A stretch of 63,676 bases of DNA, the filler included, from Folioceros fuciformis (lineage: Eukaryota), in assembly GCA_049999805.1 (NCBI GenBank). It is 9 parts of 9 records of this genome, joined end to end, with 100 filler letters (N's around TTAATTAATTAA, not from the genome) between each part and the next. Parts side by side here need not be neighbours in the genome. Positions count along the whole stretch, not along the records: positions 35,833 to 43,427 come from JBNGIO010003694.1; positions 43,528 to 52,020 come from JBNGIO010003695.1; 7 more parts are not named here. One strand, 5' to 3'. The notes beneath the pieces are model-generated. The model worked only from the letters and a program-made list of their open reading frames with translations, was not told where the DNA came from and did no database searches. How positions within the stretch are numbered: the first letter of the stretch is position 1; each line of letters begins with the position of its first letter. The translations under genes were made by a program, and so were the position numbers. Positions 35,878 to 47,325 of the stretch are shown one piece after another.

Positions 35878-37433
35878 ATTCGTTTTGCAAGATCAGGAAG
35901 GGAGCCATCTACATACTCATAGACATGGCGAGCATTGAGGATAGCTTTTATTCGAGCTCTCCAGCTCTCGAAATGTGATTGCTTCCCATCAAAACGATCC
36001 TTCTCCTTAAACTCCCCTGAGTAACTATACCCAATTGCAGGTGAAGGATTAGCCACCATAGTTTTAATGTTACTCACAATTGGTATGGGAGGGTTAGAGT
36101 ACAATTAGGAGAAGACACCTTCCTTCGAATCACTGTCACTGTCAGTAGGAAACTTCAGCATAGCCTAGACTACAAATGAGGACCAGAACTGTATACATGA
36201 GAGGGGACCAACCCAGAATTGAAGCAGTAAATGAAAGTGGAAGTTAGGTCAAGAAGGAATGTAAAGACGAAATTAACCCTAAAAATTGTGTCCCATGATA
36301 ATAACTGACATACCTACTTATGCCTAAAGGTGGATGTGGAGGGGACAGACCTATAGACTGTAGACACCTGGAGCTCTATAGGTCTGTTGGCTAACAACCG
36401 TGCTCTCATGAATGTTGGTCAGAATCTGCTGAACAGGGAAATTCATAGATAGGCGCAAAAGATCTGTGAATTCCACCCATGCAAGAATCAGGAATGCATT
36501 GGTCCACCATTCTCCTGAGATGGAGCCTTGGGTGGGGTCATTGTAGGCACATATAGGGCAGCAACAGGTGGGCAAACTGAGTAAACATGTGCTCTTTCTC
36601 CAGAATCGCCATGAACTCCGAGATGAGTTGTAATTATCGACGAAAGCTGNNNNNNNNNNNNNNNNNNNNNNNNNNNNNNNNNNNNNNNNNNNNNNNNNNN
36701 NNNNNNNNNNNNNNNNNNNNNNNNNNNNNNNNNNNNNNNNNNNNNNNNNAGCCTAATTTGTGTGTTGGAAGAGACTCGCTGCAGAAGAGCCTCTATTTCC
36801 TTTAGTCACTCATTTAATTTCCTATCAAAATCGATGCTTAGCTCCCTGTTATAACATTGACATCTTTTGTGGTGGTCGCAGGTGTTATTATTTCTACTCG
36901 ACTCACCACAACTACAAGACTGTCTTACAGGATAGGAAGGACTACGACATGACGAACCCTGAAGCCTAGAAGAGCCTAGAAAGGGGATAGATTCCCCAAC
37001 ATAGGTTACATGGTACCTATTTCTATTTTTTCAAGGCATTTCAAAGTGGTTGGCAGTTTAGGAATAGGCTGCTCACGTCCGTTTGGACACAGGAATTGTG
37101 AACACTAAAAGTGCTATGTGCAGGCTGGCAAAGAAGAGCTTTCAACTAATCTCTACCTTCATACTGCATGAAGGTGGAGGTGGGCTGAAGGCGCGTTCTT
37201 CACTCATTGTGCCTAGCACATTGTGTCTAAATAGGTAGATTACAGCGGAAGACTCAGAGCATCAAACTCTGCTATGATACCATGATAAAGTATAGAGAAG
37301 ACACAAAACACAAAAGATGAAGGTAAAAATGTTCAATAATAAACAATAGTCTTATATCTTGAGTAAATCCTAGGTGAAGCAAACTAACCTAACCTATGAG
37401 GTTAACTAACTAGGGTTAACATAAACCCTAACA
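35878..37433 (-). mobile_element. 5' part of a Ty1/Copia element: 5' LTR (37283-37433), Met-tRNA PBS, start of gag
   Basis: GCTATGATACCA (PBS, one mismatch) at 37271-37282 next to TG...CA; gag EKDRFDGKQSHFESWRARIKAIL. Confidence 0.75.
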
Positions 37434-37605
37434 ATGCTCATGGCAATGGCTAATCTGCACATTGTCCAGCATAGGGATACTCTTCGCTATGCTCACACCA
37501 GGGGAGGCAGTTTTAGACCCAAGCTCAAGAAGTTCCATGTGGGAGATTTTGTTTATTTCCAAAGGTAGACCGTAGATACTTTAAACACTTCTAGCAGTAG
37601 GCATG
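37434..37605 (+). mobile_element. Ty3/Gypsy integrase C-terminal region, left half (split by Copia)
   Basis: MAMANLHIVQHRDTLRYAHTRGGSFRPKLKKFHVGDFVYF; continues in frame after the Copia at 43228. Confidence 0.8.
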
Positions 37606-40600
37606 TGACAAGTACGCACGGAAGCTGGTAGGCGTAGGAAAGAAGAATAGATTCGAGATGAGATGTCGGTGTCTTCTACACGCGAGAGTTGTTTACTGAC
37701 GGTTAGGGGTTTTAAGCTAACTTACGACCTATATACCTAGCATATACTAACACTCCCACTCAGGTCTAGAGTTAGGACGTGTATAATTTGTCATATTTAT
37801 ATATAATTAAATGATAAATGCTATGAAACGTAAGACCTAACAAGAAACCCGACAACCCGCAAAGAAACTCGTCAGCCCAGAGCGGGTGTCGGCGTCGCGT
37901 CAATCTTCATGTTCCCAGCTTACTCTTTGATTCACAACTGTGCTCCACTTCAAAGGATTACCCTGACCTCAGGCCCATGGCAGCTGCATGCTCGTAATGC
38001 TTGATGCGTCCTAGAGCCTTCGTCAAGATATCTGCTACCATCACTTCCGTAGGACAGTAGGAAATCCTTACCACACCTTGAGCTATAGTCTCGCGAATGT
38101 AATGATGTTCGATTCCAATATGTTTGGTTCTCGTGTGGAAGCGAGGATTCAGTGTTAACGCAATTGCACTTTGATTGTCGCATAGCAGGTCTATCGGAAG
38201 CTCTTGTGGTATGCCTAGCTCCCTCAGTGCTCCCACTGACCAGGTGATTTCCTTGCATGCCTCTGTCAGACTCTTGTATTCCGCTTCTGTAGATGACAGT
38301 GCAATTGTAGATTGCTTTTTACTACTCCAAGAAATTGCACCACCAGCTAAGAGGGTCACATAGCTACTAATGCTCTTGCGGCTGTCTGGGTCTCCTCCTC
38401 AGTCAGCGTCACTGTAGACTATTAAATGCAGTGCCTTCTTTGCCTTTGAGTTGCACAGAATTCCCCACTCAGCTGTTCCAGAAATGTACCTATAGACCCT
38501 TGTCATAAGGTCCTCGTGAGTTTTGTTGGGGTTTGAGACAAAACGTGAAGTCAGTCCAGAAGTAAAGGCAAGATTAGGCCTGCTTCCTATCATCAAGTGC
38601 ATTAGGCTTCCATTCTTTGAAGGATACAGTTCAACATATTTAACATCCTCTTCAGGTATATCTCCCACTTGCTGTGTATACTTGACATTTTGCTCTACTG
38701 GCGTTGCCACAGGCTTGCAGCCGGTCATGCCCTATCGCTCTAAAATCTGCAAAGCATATTTATGTTGATGCAAGAAAATAGTTCCTGCATCTCGATTTCA
38801 AAGTAGCTGCATGCCCAAACAGTAGGCAAGTGCACTAGCCTCTGTAGTCTTGAAGGCTCTTCCTAGGTGCTCCTTTAATTCAAATATCATGCGTAGGGAG
38901 TTGCTAAGGATGATTATATCGTCCACATAAATAGCAAGTGCCAAGAAATCTGTACTTTCTCCTTTTACATAGACATTGCTGTCAGCATGTAAACTTTCAT
39001 ATCCAAGCTCTGTCAGGTACGTGTGGATTCTTTCATACCATGCTCGGGGGCTTTGTTTAAGCGCATACAATGTTTTCTGGAGCTTACATACTGGATGAGG
39101 CACATTTGCAGGCACTGTGACGCCTGCAGGAACTTGCATGAAGATCTCCTCCTACAGGTTCCCATACAAAAATGTTGTAGTAACGTCCAGCTGCTCCAGC
39201 TCAAGATTATTAACTAGAGCAAGTGCCACAAACATGCGTAGAGTGTTGAGCTTCACTATAGGGCTGAAGGTATCATCGTAGTCCACTCCAGGTATTTGCA
39301 AATACCCTTTCGCAGCCAATCTTGCCTTATATCGTGCAATACTTCCGTCTGCCTTAAGCTTAATCTTAAACACCCACTTGCTGCCAACTTGTTTCCTATC
39401 TGCAAGAAGGCTGACTATTGTCCAAGTGTGGTTTTCATAAAGAGAGGCCAACTCGGACTGAATGGCCTTGTACCAATGCTCAGCATCAGGACAGCTGAGG
39501 GCTGCTTCATAAGTTGGAGGTTTGTACAGCACAGTGTTGGCAGCTAAACAGTAAGTCAGATGTGACTTGGGATACCGGAAATCCTCTGAGGCATACCTTG
39601 TTGGTGGTCTACGCGACCTCTGTGACTGCTGAGGCTCAAGATGAGCATGTTTAGCCTTCCTTCTGTGCAGTCCATCTGGTGAGGCGGACGGGATCAAAGT
39701 CTCTGCCTCCTCAAACTCAAAGATCCAGCTGAAGGTGAATCTTGTAAATTTCTGCTACTAAGGGTGTGTCTAGGTGTTCGCATTGGTGTCTGCACAAGAG
39801 GTGACTGTGGTGCTGGAGGGATTACTGGTGCCACTTGTGCTACAGGGGGTACGGGTGCGGCAGGAAGAGGAACTTGGATTTCTCCGACCATCATCTCCTC
39901 CTCCTCTTCTGTAGAGCCATCGTTGGAGCTTGAATAATCAGGCAATGGCGCTCCCACTGACTGTTGAGACTCCACACCTTCGACGAACACCACATCCCAA
40001 GAATGGGTAATGACCTTTGTTCTTCTATTCAGTACCTTGTACCCCTTAATTCCTTCTGTGAACCCAATAAAAATACAGTGAGTTGACTTGGGGTCGAACT
40101 TCTTGCGCAGGTCCTTGTGTATTTGAATAAACATAGACGAGCCAAACACACGGAGATGCGAGAGATTTGGCTTTCTGCCTGTCCACAGTTCATAAGGAGT
40201 CTTTCCCTTAACTGTTTTATGTGATATCATGTTTTGAATATAGGTAGCATAACCTACTGCCTCTGCCCAGTATGCTTTTGGCAGGTTGGCATAATGAAGC
40301 ATACTGTAGGATGATGTCTCCAAAGACTGATTTTTATTCTCGCAAACCCCATTCTGTTGTGGGGTAGGAGCATTCGTCAACTGTCTACCTATGCCATGTT
40401 GTACGCAGAATGCATCAAACTCCTTTGAGGTATACTCTCCGGCATTATCAAATCGCAAGTTTTTCAAACGACGACCAGTTTGGGTCTCTGCCCATGTCTT
40501 GTACTCTACAAAACATGCAAAAGTGTCTGATTTATGCTTCAGAAAATACACTACGCAAAAACGTGTGTAATCGTCAATAAAGGTGGTAAAGTACTCCTTC

Positions 40601-43227
40601 CCTCCAAGAGAAACCGACAATTTTCCACATACATCATTGTGGACGAGTCCTAAGATTTCCGTTGCTCGTGTTGCTTGTCCCACAGGGAAGGACGTACGCT
40701 TGTGTTTGCCCAGTATACAAGCTTTGCATACTCCAAAATTCTGTAGATTGTCAAGGGTGATGCCTTCCACCAGCTTATCCTTGTACATAGTCATGAGCTT
40801 CTGAAAATTGATGTGACCCAGGCGAAGATGCCATAGGTTGGTAAGAGAGGGCTTGGCATAGTGTGTGAAGTCAGCGGCTGAGAGTGCTTTCTCTTCCTTC
40901 ATGTCCAAATGATAAAGATCATCCTTCTGAAGGTGTCCAGTGGCTAAAAGGGTGCCATCCTTCGTCTCGACGAGACACTTGCCGTCTCCAAAACACACAT
41001 AACAGCCCAACTGATCTATTTTCCGAACTGAAACGAGGTTCTTTGCCAGTCCAGGTACGTAAAGCAAGTCTGAAATTTCTAGGTGTTGATCAGGTTTCAA
41101 GTCAAGCTGAACGGTCCCCTGTCCAGCAATTTCATGCTGTGAATTGTCTCCTAAGCACACAAATTTTGCAGGTGTGCTCTCGTTCAACTCTGTAAAATAT
41201 GCAACATGCGGGGTCATATGCTGCGAGGCTCCACTGTCTATGTACCAAGTGTGTTCAGGGTGGCTGGCAAAGCAAGTGACCACATTGCAATGATGGAAAT
41301 TGTGATCTCGAGGTGAGTTCACTGTGGTGTCGTAGATGACACTTGTACAGAATGCCTTGCTGTATTTTTGCATGGTCACTGCTAGGTGCCCTGAGGGTCC
41401 ACCTTTTCTAGCCAGTCTCTTGCGGCAGACTTCCCAGGTATGATTTGTCATGCCGCAATGCCCACATGGGAGCTTGCCTCTGCCACCACCAAAGCTAAGA
41501 GGCCTAGAGTTATTACCTCGGCCACGGTCTCGGCCTCTGCTGGATGGACGTCCTCGTCCACGACCTCTTCCAGGTTTGCCCGTCCAAAGGGCCTTGTCTC
41601 CTCCTAGAGAAAGAGAGGTGTTCGCTATTTTCCTTCTAGACTCTTTTTTGTTAATATTGCTGTTATCACTCGATAAACTGTGATGGATGGTACATCCTGC
41701 AGGCCTTGTACCACACTTGACCAGGTTTCTGGCAGTGTAGTGAGAAGAATTACTGCAAGGAGCTCCTCCTCCAATGCGAAACTTGCAGAAACTAACTTGG
41801 CTCGCGAGTTGCGAAACTCAAGTACGTGTTTATCCACGGAATCTGTCCCTTTCATCTTGAGGCCCATGAATTGTTTTAACATAAACGTTTGCAGCATGAG
41901 GTCCCTCAAGTCGTACAAGTTTTTTTACTTGCTTCCACCAAGCATCAACATTTTCTTCAGCTCCCTGAAACACGCCAGTGTGGGTGCTCTTAACACTAAA
42001 GTGAAGCAGTGTCCAAGCCTGCTGGTCATTTTCCTCCCATCGAGCCAACTCTTCCGGTGGAGCAGCAGCACCAGGTTTGGGTGTAGGCATGGGAGGTGTG
42101 CCTACACCATGGACATGTGCCCATAATTTTCTAGATTTCAGTATTTCTTGCATACTCTTCTGCCATACATGATAATTTTCACCATTGAACTTGTCTTCCT
42201 TGGGTATTTTAATGGCAGGAACTTGTGAAATGGTCTGCTGCTGAGCCATTCTGTAGAGTACCCCTTAGGGATTGAATGGAAACCAGGTCGCCTCCAAAGG
42301 TTCTGGCTTTCTAGGTTCTCTGCAGATATACAAGGTTACCTCCAATGCATAGGAGGCCGTTAGCGAATGTTCAGCACAAATGTTATGTAAAATGTGCGAA
42401 GCAAACTCCTTGATGATGTACAAAGGTTGATAAATCTGTGATTTATTGAACAGATTGGTGACATGATAATGTAGATGTGCGGATGCTTCCGCTGCTGAGA
42501 CTAGTAAAAGCAAGCACAGGATTTCCTGGCTAGGAGGGAGCAACATCGTGCTCAAAGAAGATCAGAGACATCAATGTTGCTCCAGTCATAACCGTCCAGT
42601 GCAGGATACCCCTATACAACATTTGTGGCCATTAGTTCACAAATTATGCAGATTGTGATCCAAACCTGCTGCCAGCTCGTGGGGGCAAGAGAACGTAAGT
42701 ATGCTTCCTCCCGCTCAATTTTCCACACATGGAACTCTTGGAGTCTTCTGGCTCTTCTTGCTAAGCGTTCTCGTTTCCTCAGGCCAGGCATAGGTGCTAA
42801 CCCTCGTGTGGTGCTGTTGACATTATCCAGAACCAAAGTCCAAGAAGCATTTGTAACAACATCACGGCAGGGCCGCACCGCTCAACCTAGAAGAAAAGAA
42901 GTGCCATGCACCACTGTCACTGGAAAATGTGACCATGGCGTAGAGCCAAAAACTATCTCAAGAGAACACCACCGCGCCCTAGAAATTCATCGTAAAATTA
43001 AGAGACTCCAGGCGCCATGATGCATACGCTGACACAAGCATTTCAGATCAGGAATCGAGAAGACTCTTGCTCTGATACCATGAAAAGTACGCACGGAAGC
43101 TGGTAGGCGTAGGAAAGAAGAATAGATTCGAGATGAGACGTCGGTGTCTTCTACATGCGAGAGTTGTTTACTGACAGTTAGGGTTTCTAAGCTAACTTAC
43201 GACCTGTATACCTAGCATATACTGACA
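37606..43227 (-). mobile_element. Full-length Ty1/Copia (5.6 kb): 147-bp LTRs at 37606-37752 and 43081-43227, GCATG TSD, PBS and PPT
   Basis: LTRs TG...CA differ at 8 of 147 sites by manual count; TGGTATCAGAGC PBS at 43069-43080; PPT at 37753; gag, CCHC knuckle, WYIDSGAS protease, integrase, YVDD RT and RNase H present with frameshifts and stops. Confidence 0.96.
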
Positions 43228-43427
43228 GCATGTGCTAAGGATCCAAGAGGTCAAGCCTAATGGCATCTTGGTCTTGCAAGGCTCAGATGGTCAGGTCACC
43301 ATCGATCACACCAAGAATTGTGCACCCTGCCACCTGCCCACCCTTGATCCCACAATTGTCACAGCAGATTGGACTCCACCAATGGACTACCCATGCCAGG
43401 TATGTCAACGTACAAATGATGCTGACC
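43228..43427 (+). mobile_element. Ty3/Gypsy integrase tail, right half, entering a PHD finger
   Basis: HVLRIQEVKPNGILVLQGSDG...NCAPCHLP...DYPCQVCQRTNDAD, then the scaffold ends. Confidence 0.72.
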
Positions 43428-43527
43428 NNNNNNNNNNNNNNNNNNNNNNNNNNNNNNNNNNNNNNNNNNNNTTAATTAATTAANNNNNNNNNNNNNNNNN
43501 NNNNNNNNNNNNNNNNNNNNNNNNNNN

Positions 43528-44694
43528 CAGCCACCAAGGGTGAACAGTTGCAGGGGAAGACTTAGCGGGCGACCGTCCAGCAAGGAAGAGGCGGCGTCCG
43601 CAGATCTTTCAAGATCAGACATCCTCTGAAGTCTCAGGATAGTCTAAGAGGTGGTAGATCCTTGTGGTGGTAGGGCCAGCTCATTGGTGGCAGGTTGTGC
43701 TAGAAGTCTAAATAAGTGGCTAGTGACAGCCGGCTAGGCTATTAAAATAATATTTCTCAAGTTAGAGAGAGGTGAAGTCAGAGAGAGAGAGATAGGCTCC
43801 TATAAGATCAGGTGAGCCTGTAGGAGGAGGGAGTCATTCACTTTTGGGAGTCAGTCTATCTCTTTGTGAGCTCTTGGAGGTCCTCTCTTCATGAGCTCTT
43901 GTGGTCTGTCCCTGCTTGGTCTAGGACCTGCAATGTGTTGCCGGCTGTGCAACGTCTGGTAGGATCGCAAGCCGTGTGTTNNNNNNNNNNNNNNNNNNNN
44001 NNNNNNNNNNNNNNNNNNNNNNNNNNNNNNNNNNNNNNNNNNNNNNNNNNNNNNNNNNNNNNNNNNNNNNNNNNNNNNNNTAATGACCAGGGTGAAGGGG
44101 CTTGCCCCTAGCTCTTGATTGTAAAGGGTGTGTCTTTCTCTCGACCTGTCCACTCTTGTTCCTTGCTTGGTCAAGTGTTGTAGGCCGGCCATGTCTCAGG
44201 GCGTCTGGTAAGGTTGTGGGGAGGAGATACCCAAGAGGGGAGTGTGTTCCCTTCGTCCTTTTGTTTGGAGTTAGTCTAGTGACTCTTGCCGGGTAGGAGG
44301 AGTCAGTAGGGAAGTGTACAAGGTAGTGGTGTCGTTGCTGGTTGCTGGTAGTTGCTGGTGTTGGTGCTGGAGTGAGAGAGTGAGTGAGGTGTGTGAGGGA
44401 AGACGCAGATCTGAGAGGTTAGAGTCGTTGTAGTGACTGGAGTGAGTTTGTGGGCACCGAGATAGGTGCAGCTGACCGCCGGACAGCGAGGCCTGTCCTA
44501 CGCCCGATCGGCGCTGGAGGGGAGCCCTCGAATCCATCATCGAGTTGATCAAGTCCGACCCTCCATCCACAGCAGCAAGGAACCCCATCGCTCCTTCGTG
44601 GGAACGAAACCCAATGTCTCAACGACAGTGGGATAAGTGTGGCCACTAAAGGTGCAACCCGTTGGCAATCGGTGCCCGGGGTTTTGCCTCCACA
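43528..44694. mobile_element. Long LTR ending ...GGGGTTTTGCCTCCACA (same family at 60367-60487 and 62274-62669)
   Basis: Near-identical terminal 120 bp in three scaffolds, each ending in CA against a different target. Confidence 0.8.
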
Positions 44695-45445
44695 AACAGG
44701 TACAAAGTTCACTCGCTCTTAGTGCCCTCAGACCAAGGAAGAAATCAAGGATATTCAAGACGTGCCCTGTAGGCATGCCATTGGCAGTCTCCTATTCATT
44801 GCGAATTGGACTCGTCCAGATATTCAGTACGCAGTCAGCACAACCTCCCAGTTTCTTGAGAATCTTGGAAGAACCCACTGGACTACTGTTAAAAGACTAT
44901 TTTGCTATCTAAAGGGCACGATGAAATATGGACTTATGTACAAACGCAGTGGTGAAGCCAAGCTAACCCTTACCGGTTTTACAGATGCAGACTGAGGTTC
45001 GGACTCAGACTCAAGGAGGAGTCTCTCCACGTATTGTTTTCTTCTTGCCTTGGCTGCAATGACATGGAGTAGCAAAAAACAGACTATCATAGCCTTGAGC
45101 TCCACTGAGGTAGAATACAAGTCCATGACAGAAGCTGCCAAGGAGGCGGAATGGGAACGTAGCTTCTTGGCTGACCTAGGATGGGTGCAGACTCACCCCA
45201 CCTTGATCCTCTGTGACAACACAGGTGCTTTGGAGTTAGTAGCAAAACCTACCTTCCATGCTCGTACTAAGCACGTCAAAGTGCAGCACCACTACATACG
45301 AGATGTGGTAGCACGTGGTGTGATCAAGGTGGATTATGTCAACATATATGATAACACGGCAGATATCTTGACCAAGGGCCTTCCTAAATACAAACATTAT
45401 CCTCACATGGAGGGCCTAGGGCTGACTTGCAAGTGTTTGATGTGA
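44695..45445 (+). mobile_element. Ty1/Copia RT C-terminus and RNase H fragment
   Basis: AIGSLLFIANWTRPDI, GFTDAD*, WSSKKQ..IALSSTEVEY, CDN, HARTKHV, ADILTK. Confidence 0.92.
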
Positions 45446-45894
45446 AAGGAATCTAAATACATGACGTCTAGGGATCTGATTAGCAGGGCGCATGCGTGCA
45501 TGCTCTTCATACAAATTGGCCATGTGCCTAATCAAGAAATTGTTTTCTATAAGTGCAAAAGTTTTGCATCTTATGTTTTCTTTTGTATTATTCTATATAA
45601 AAATTCTGCCAATTGGGCAGCTGTTCTAGTGTATCTCCAATGAATTGCTAAGATAGAAATTCATTAGATGTACACTAGAATCACTACCTAACTTTGCACA
45701 AATTTAAAAATAAAATTCTTAAAAAAAAACAACAAAAAAAAACACATTTCTTGATTTTCTCTTACGTTCTTGAAATATAAATCACTTTCATTTCAAAAAA
45801 CAACAAAAGAAAACAATCTTTGCAGCATATTTTTTATATAGTACAAAATATGCGCACACATAATGCAATCTATATCATCTACATCCAATACATA

Positions 45895-46114
45895 GCTCTG
45901 ATACCATGATAGTTTATATAGAAACTGAATGATCAATGAGTATGTATGTACATTAGGAGTAAAGTGTATCTATATATGTTTGAAAAGAAAACCCTAAACT
46001 TATGACTAAAATGCGTGTCTATTCATCCTAGGGACACAACCTTAACAAATGGGTATTAGTTGGATAATTAATAATGATTAACTATACCCACTAAATCCTA
46101 ATCATGACTCAACA
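45895..46114 (-). mobile_element. Copia-type PBS plus 5' LTR remnant (LTR 45907-46114)
   Basis: GCTCTGATACCA at 45895-45906 followed by TGATAG...CTCAACA. Confidence 0.6.
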
Positions 46115-46162
46115 CTCTAATTTCATCACTTTGAGAGTCCGTAGTGGAGATGATGGCTGAAG

Positions 46163-46566
46163 TGTTGAGATGTCACCCCCGCCATGCTCAAAGGAGGTTA
46201 AAACAAGTTAGTTGAAGCAAGATGCAGAATCCCAAAACTAAGAGCACTATAACAAGGCTCTTAAACTCAAATAAAAAGGAGAATTACAAAAACAACACAA
46301 TACAAGTGAAGAGGGAGTTAGATTACATATACTAAGTGGGTTCATCCCTTCTTTTATGGACCTATGGGTGGCACTCTCATTTCGTGCCCAATATGGGATA
46401 AATGACCCCAACCAAACCCTACAATACTTCTTTTGCCCAACATAGCAAAGTCTAATAAGCTATATATATATATTAATCATAACCTTAATCACTCTTACCA
46501 CTAATTAGTACAAACTCAATAAGCTGGATTAGCACTAATTAATATCAACATTAATCATGCTTAACA
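46163..46566. mobile_element. Solo LTR (404 bp) with TGAAG target-site duplication
   Basis: TGTTGA...TTAACA termini flanked by TGAAG at 46158-46162 and 46567-46571. Confidence 0.8.
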
Positions 46567-47325
46567 TGAAGAAGTCCCAACGGCTCCCTCCCTAGGCCAA
46601 CGGGCTGCCCTCACCAATTCGGCGGACTCGGTTTGGAGTCGCCCCTCCCCCACCATCAAAAGCCCAACTCCTGTCTATTCCGTCACAAGAGGGTCTGCCG
46701 CTCTCCCCATTGCGATAGGAGGGGAAGAATCTCCACCTTGGCCCACCTCATTGATGGTTGCCGCCCCACCATCAGCCCACTTTGCTCCCGTCACCTTTGC
46801 TGGGCCGCCTACCCATTAAGGCAACCTCGCTGGACGGTGCTCCAACAACTAACAACACCAGAATACTGGGAATTTAGAATAGAGTAGGCCCTACATTGCC
46901 TTAATGGCCGTTATCCGGACACTAGGTCCGCAAAATATATAGGACCCAATCTTGCAATGAAAATGGGGCCTTGGACCTTGATTTTGCTCGAGAGCGCTCC
47001 AGCTTTGGATGAACGTGTTCCTATCCCCTTAGCTTCCTTTCAGAGTGTCCTTGCTTGCAAAGGACCACCCTCCAACTCTGTGCGTTCTGGCTCTCCCCTT
47101 TGGCTAGTTCTAGCTAGCACTCGATCAAGACCAGAAGCAACCAAGCCCTACAACGCTCATGGGAAGTACTTGGCGGATCCCTTGGTTACAGTTGCAATGA
47201 CTCAAGACGACGGACTCCCCATTGTGGGGACTGGCGCCTCCCTACCGTGCTCCCTCCATTTCCGCCAGTGTTGCCTCGCTCTTAACACGACTCATTCTTC
47301 CCTCCATTGCAGTTCTGATAGATTT

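Noticed and set aside
46567-47325. GC-rich ORF fragments between LTRs
   Set aside because: No diagnostic motif for a TE or host gene.
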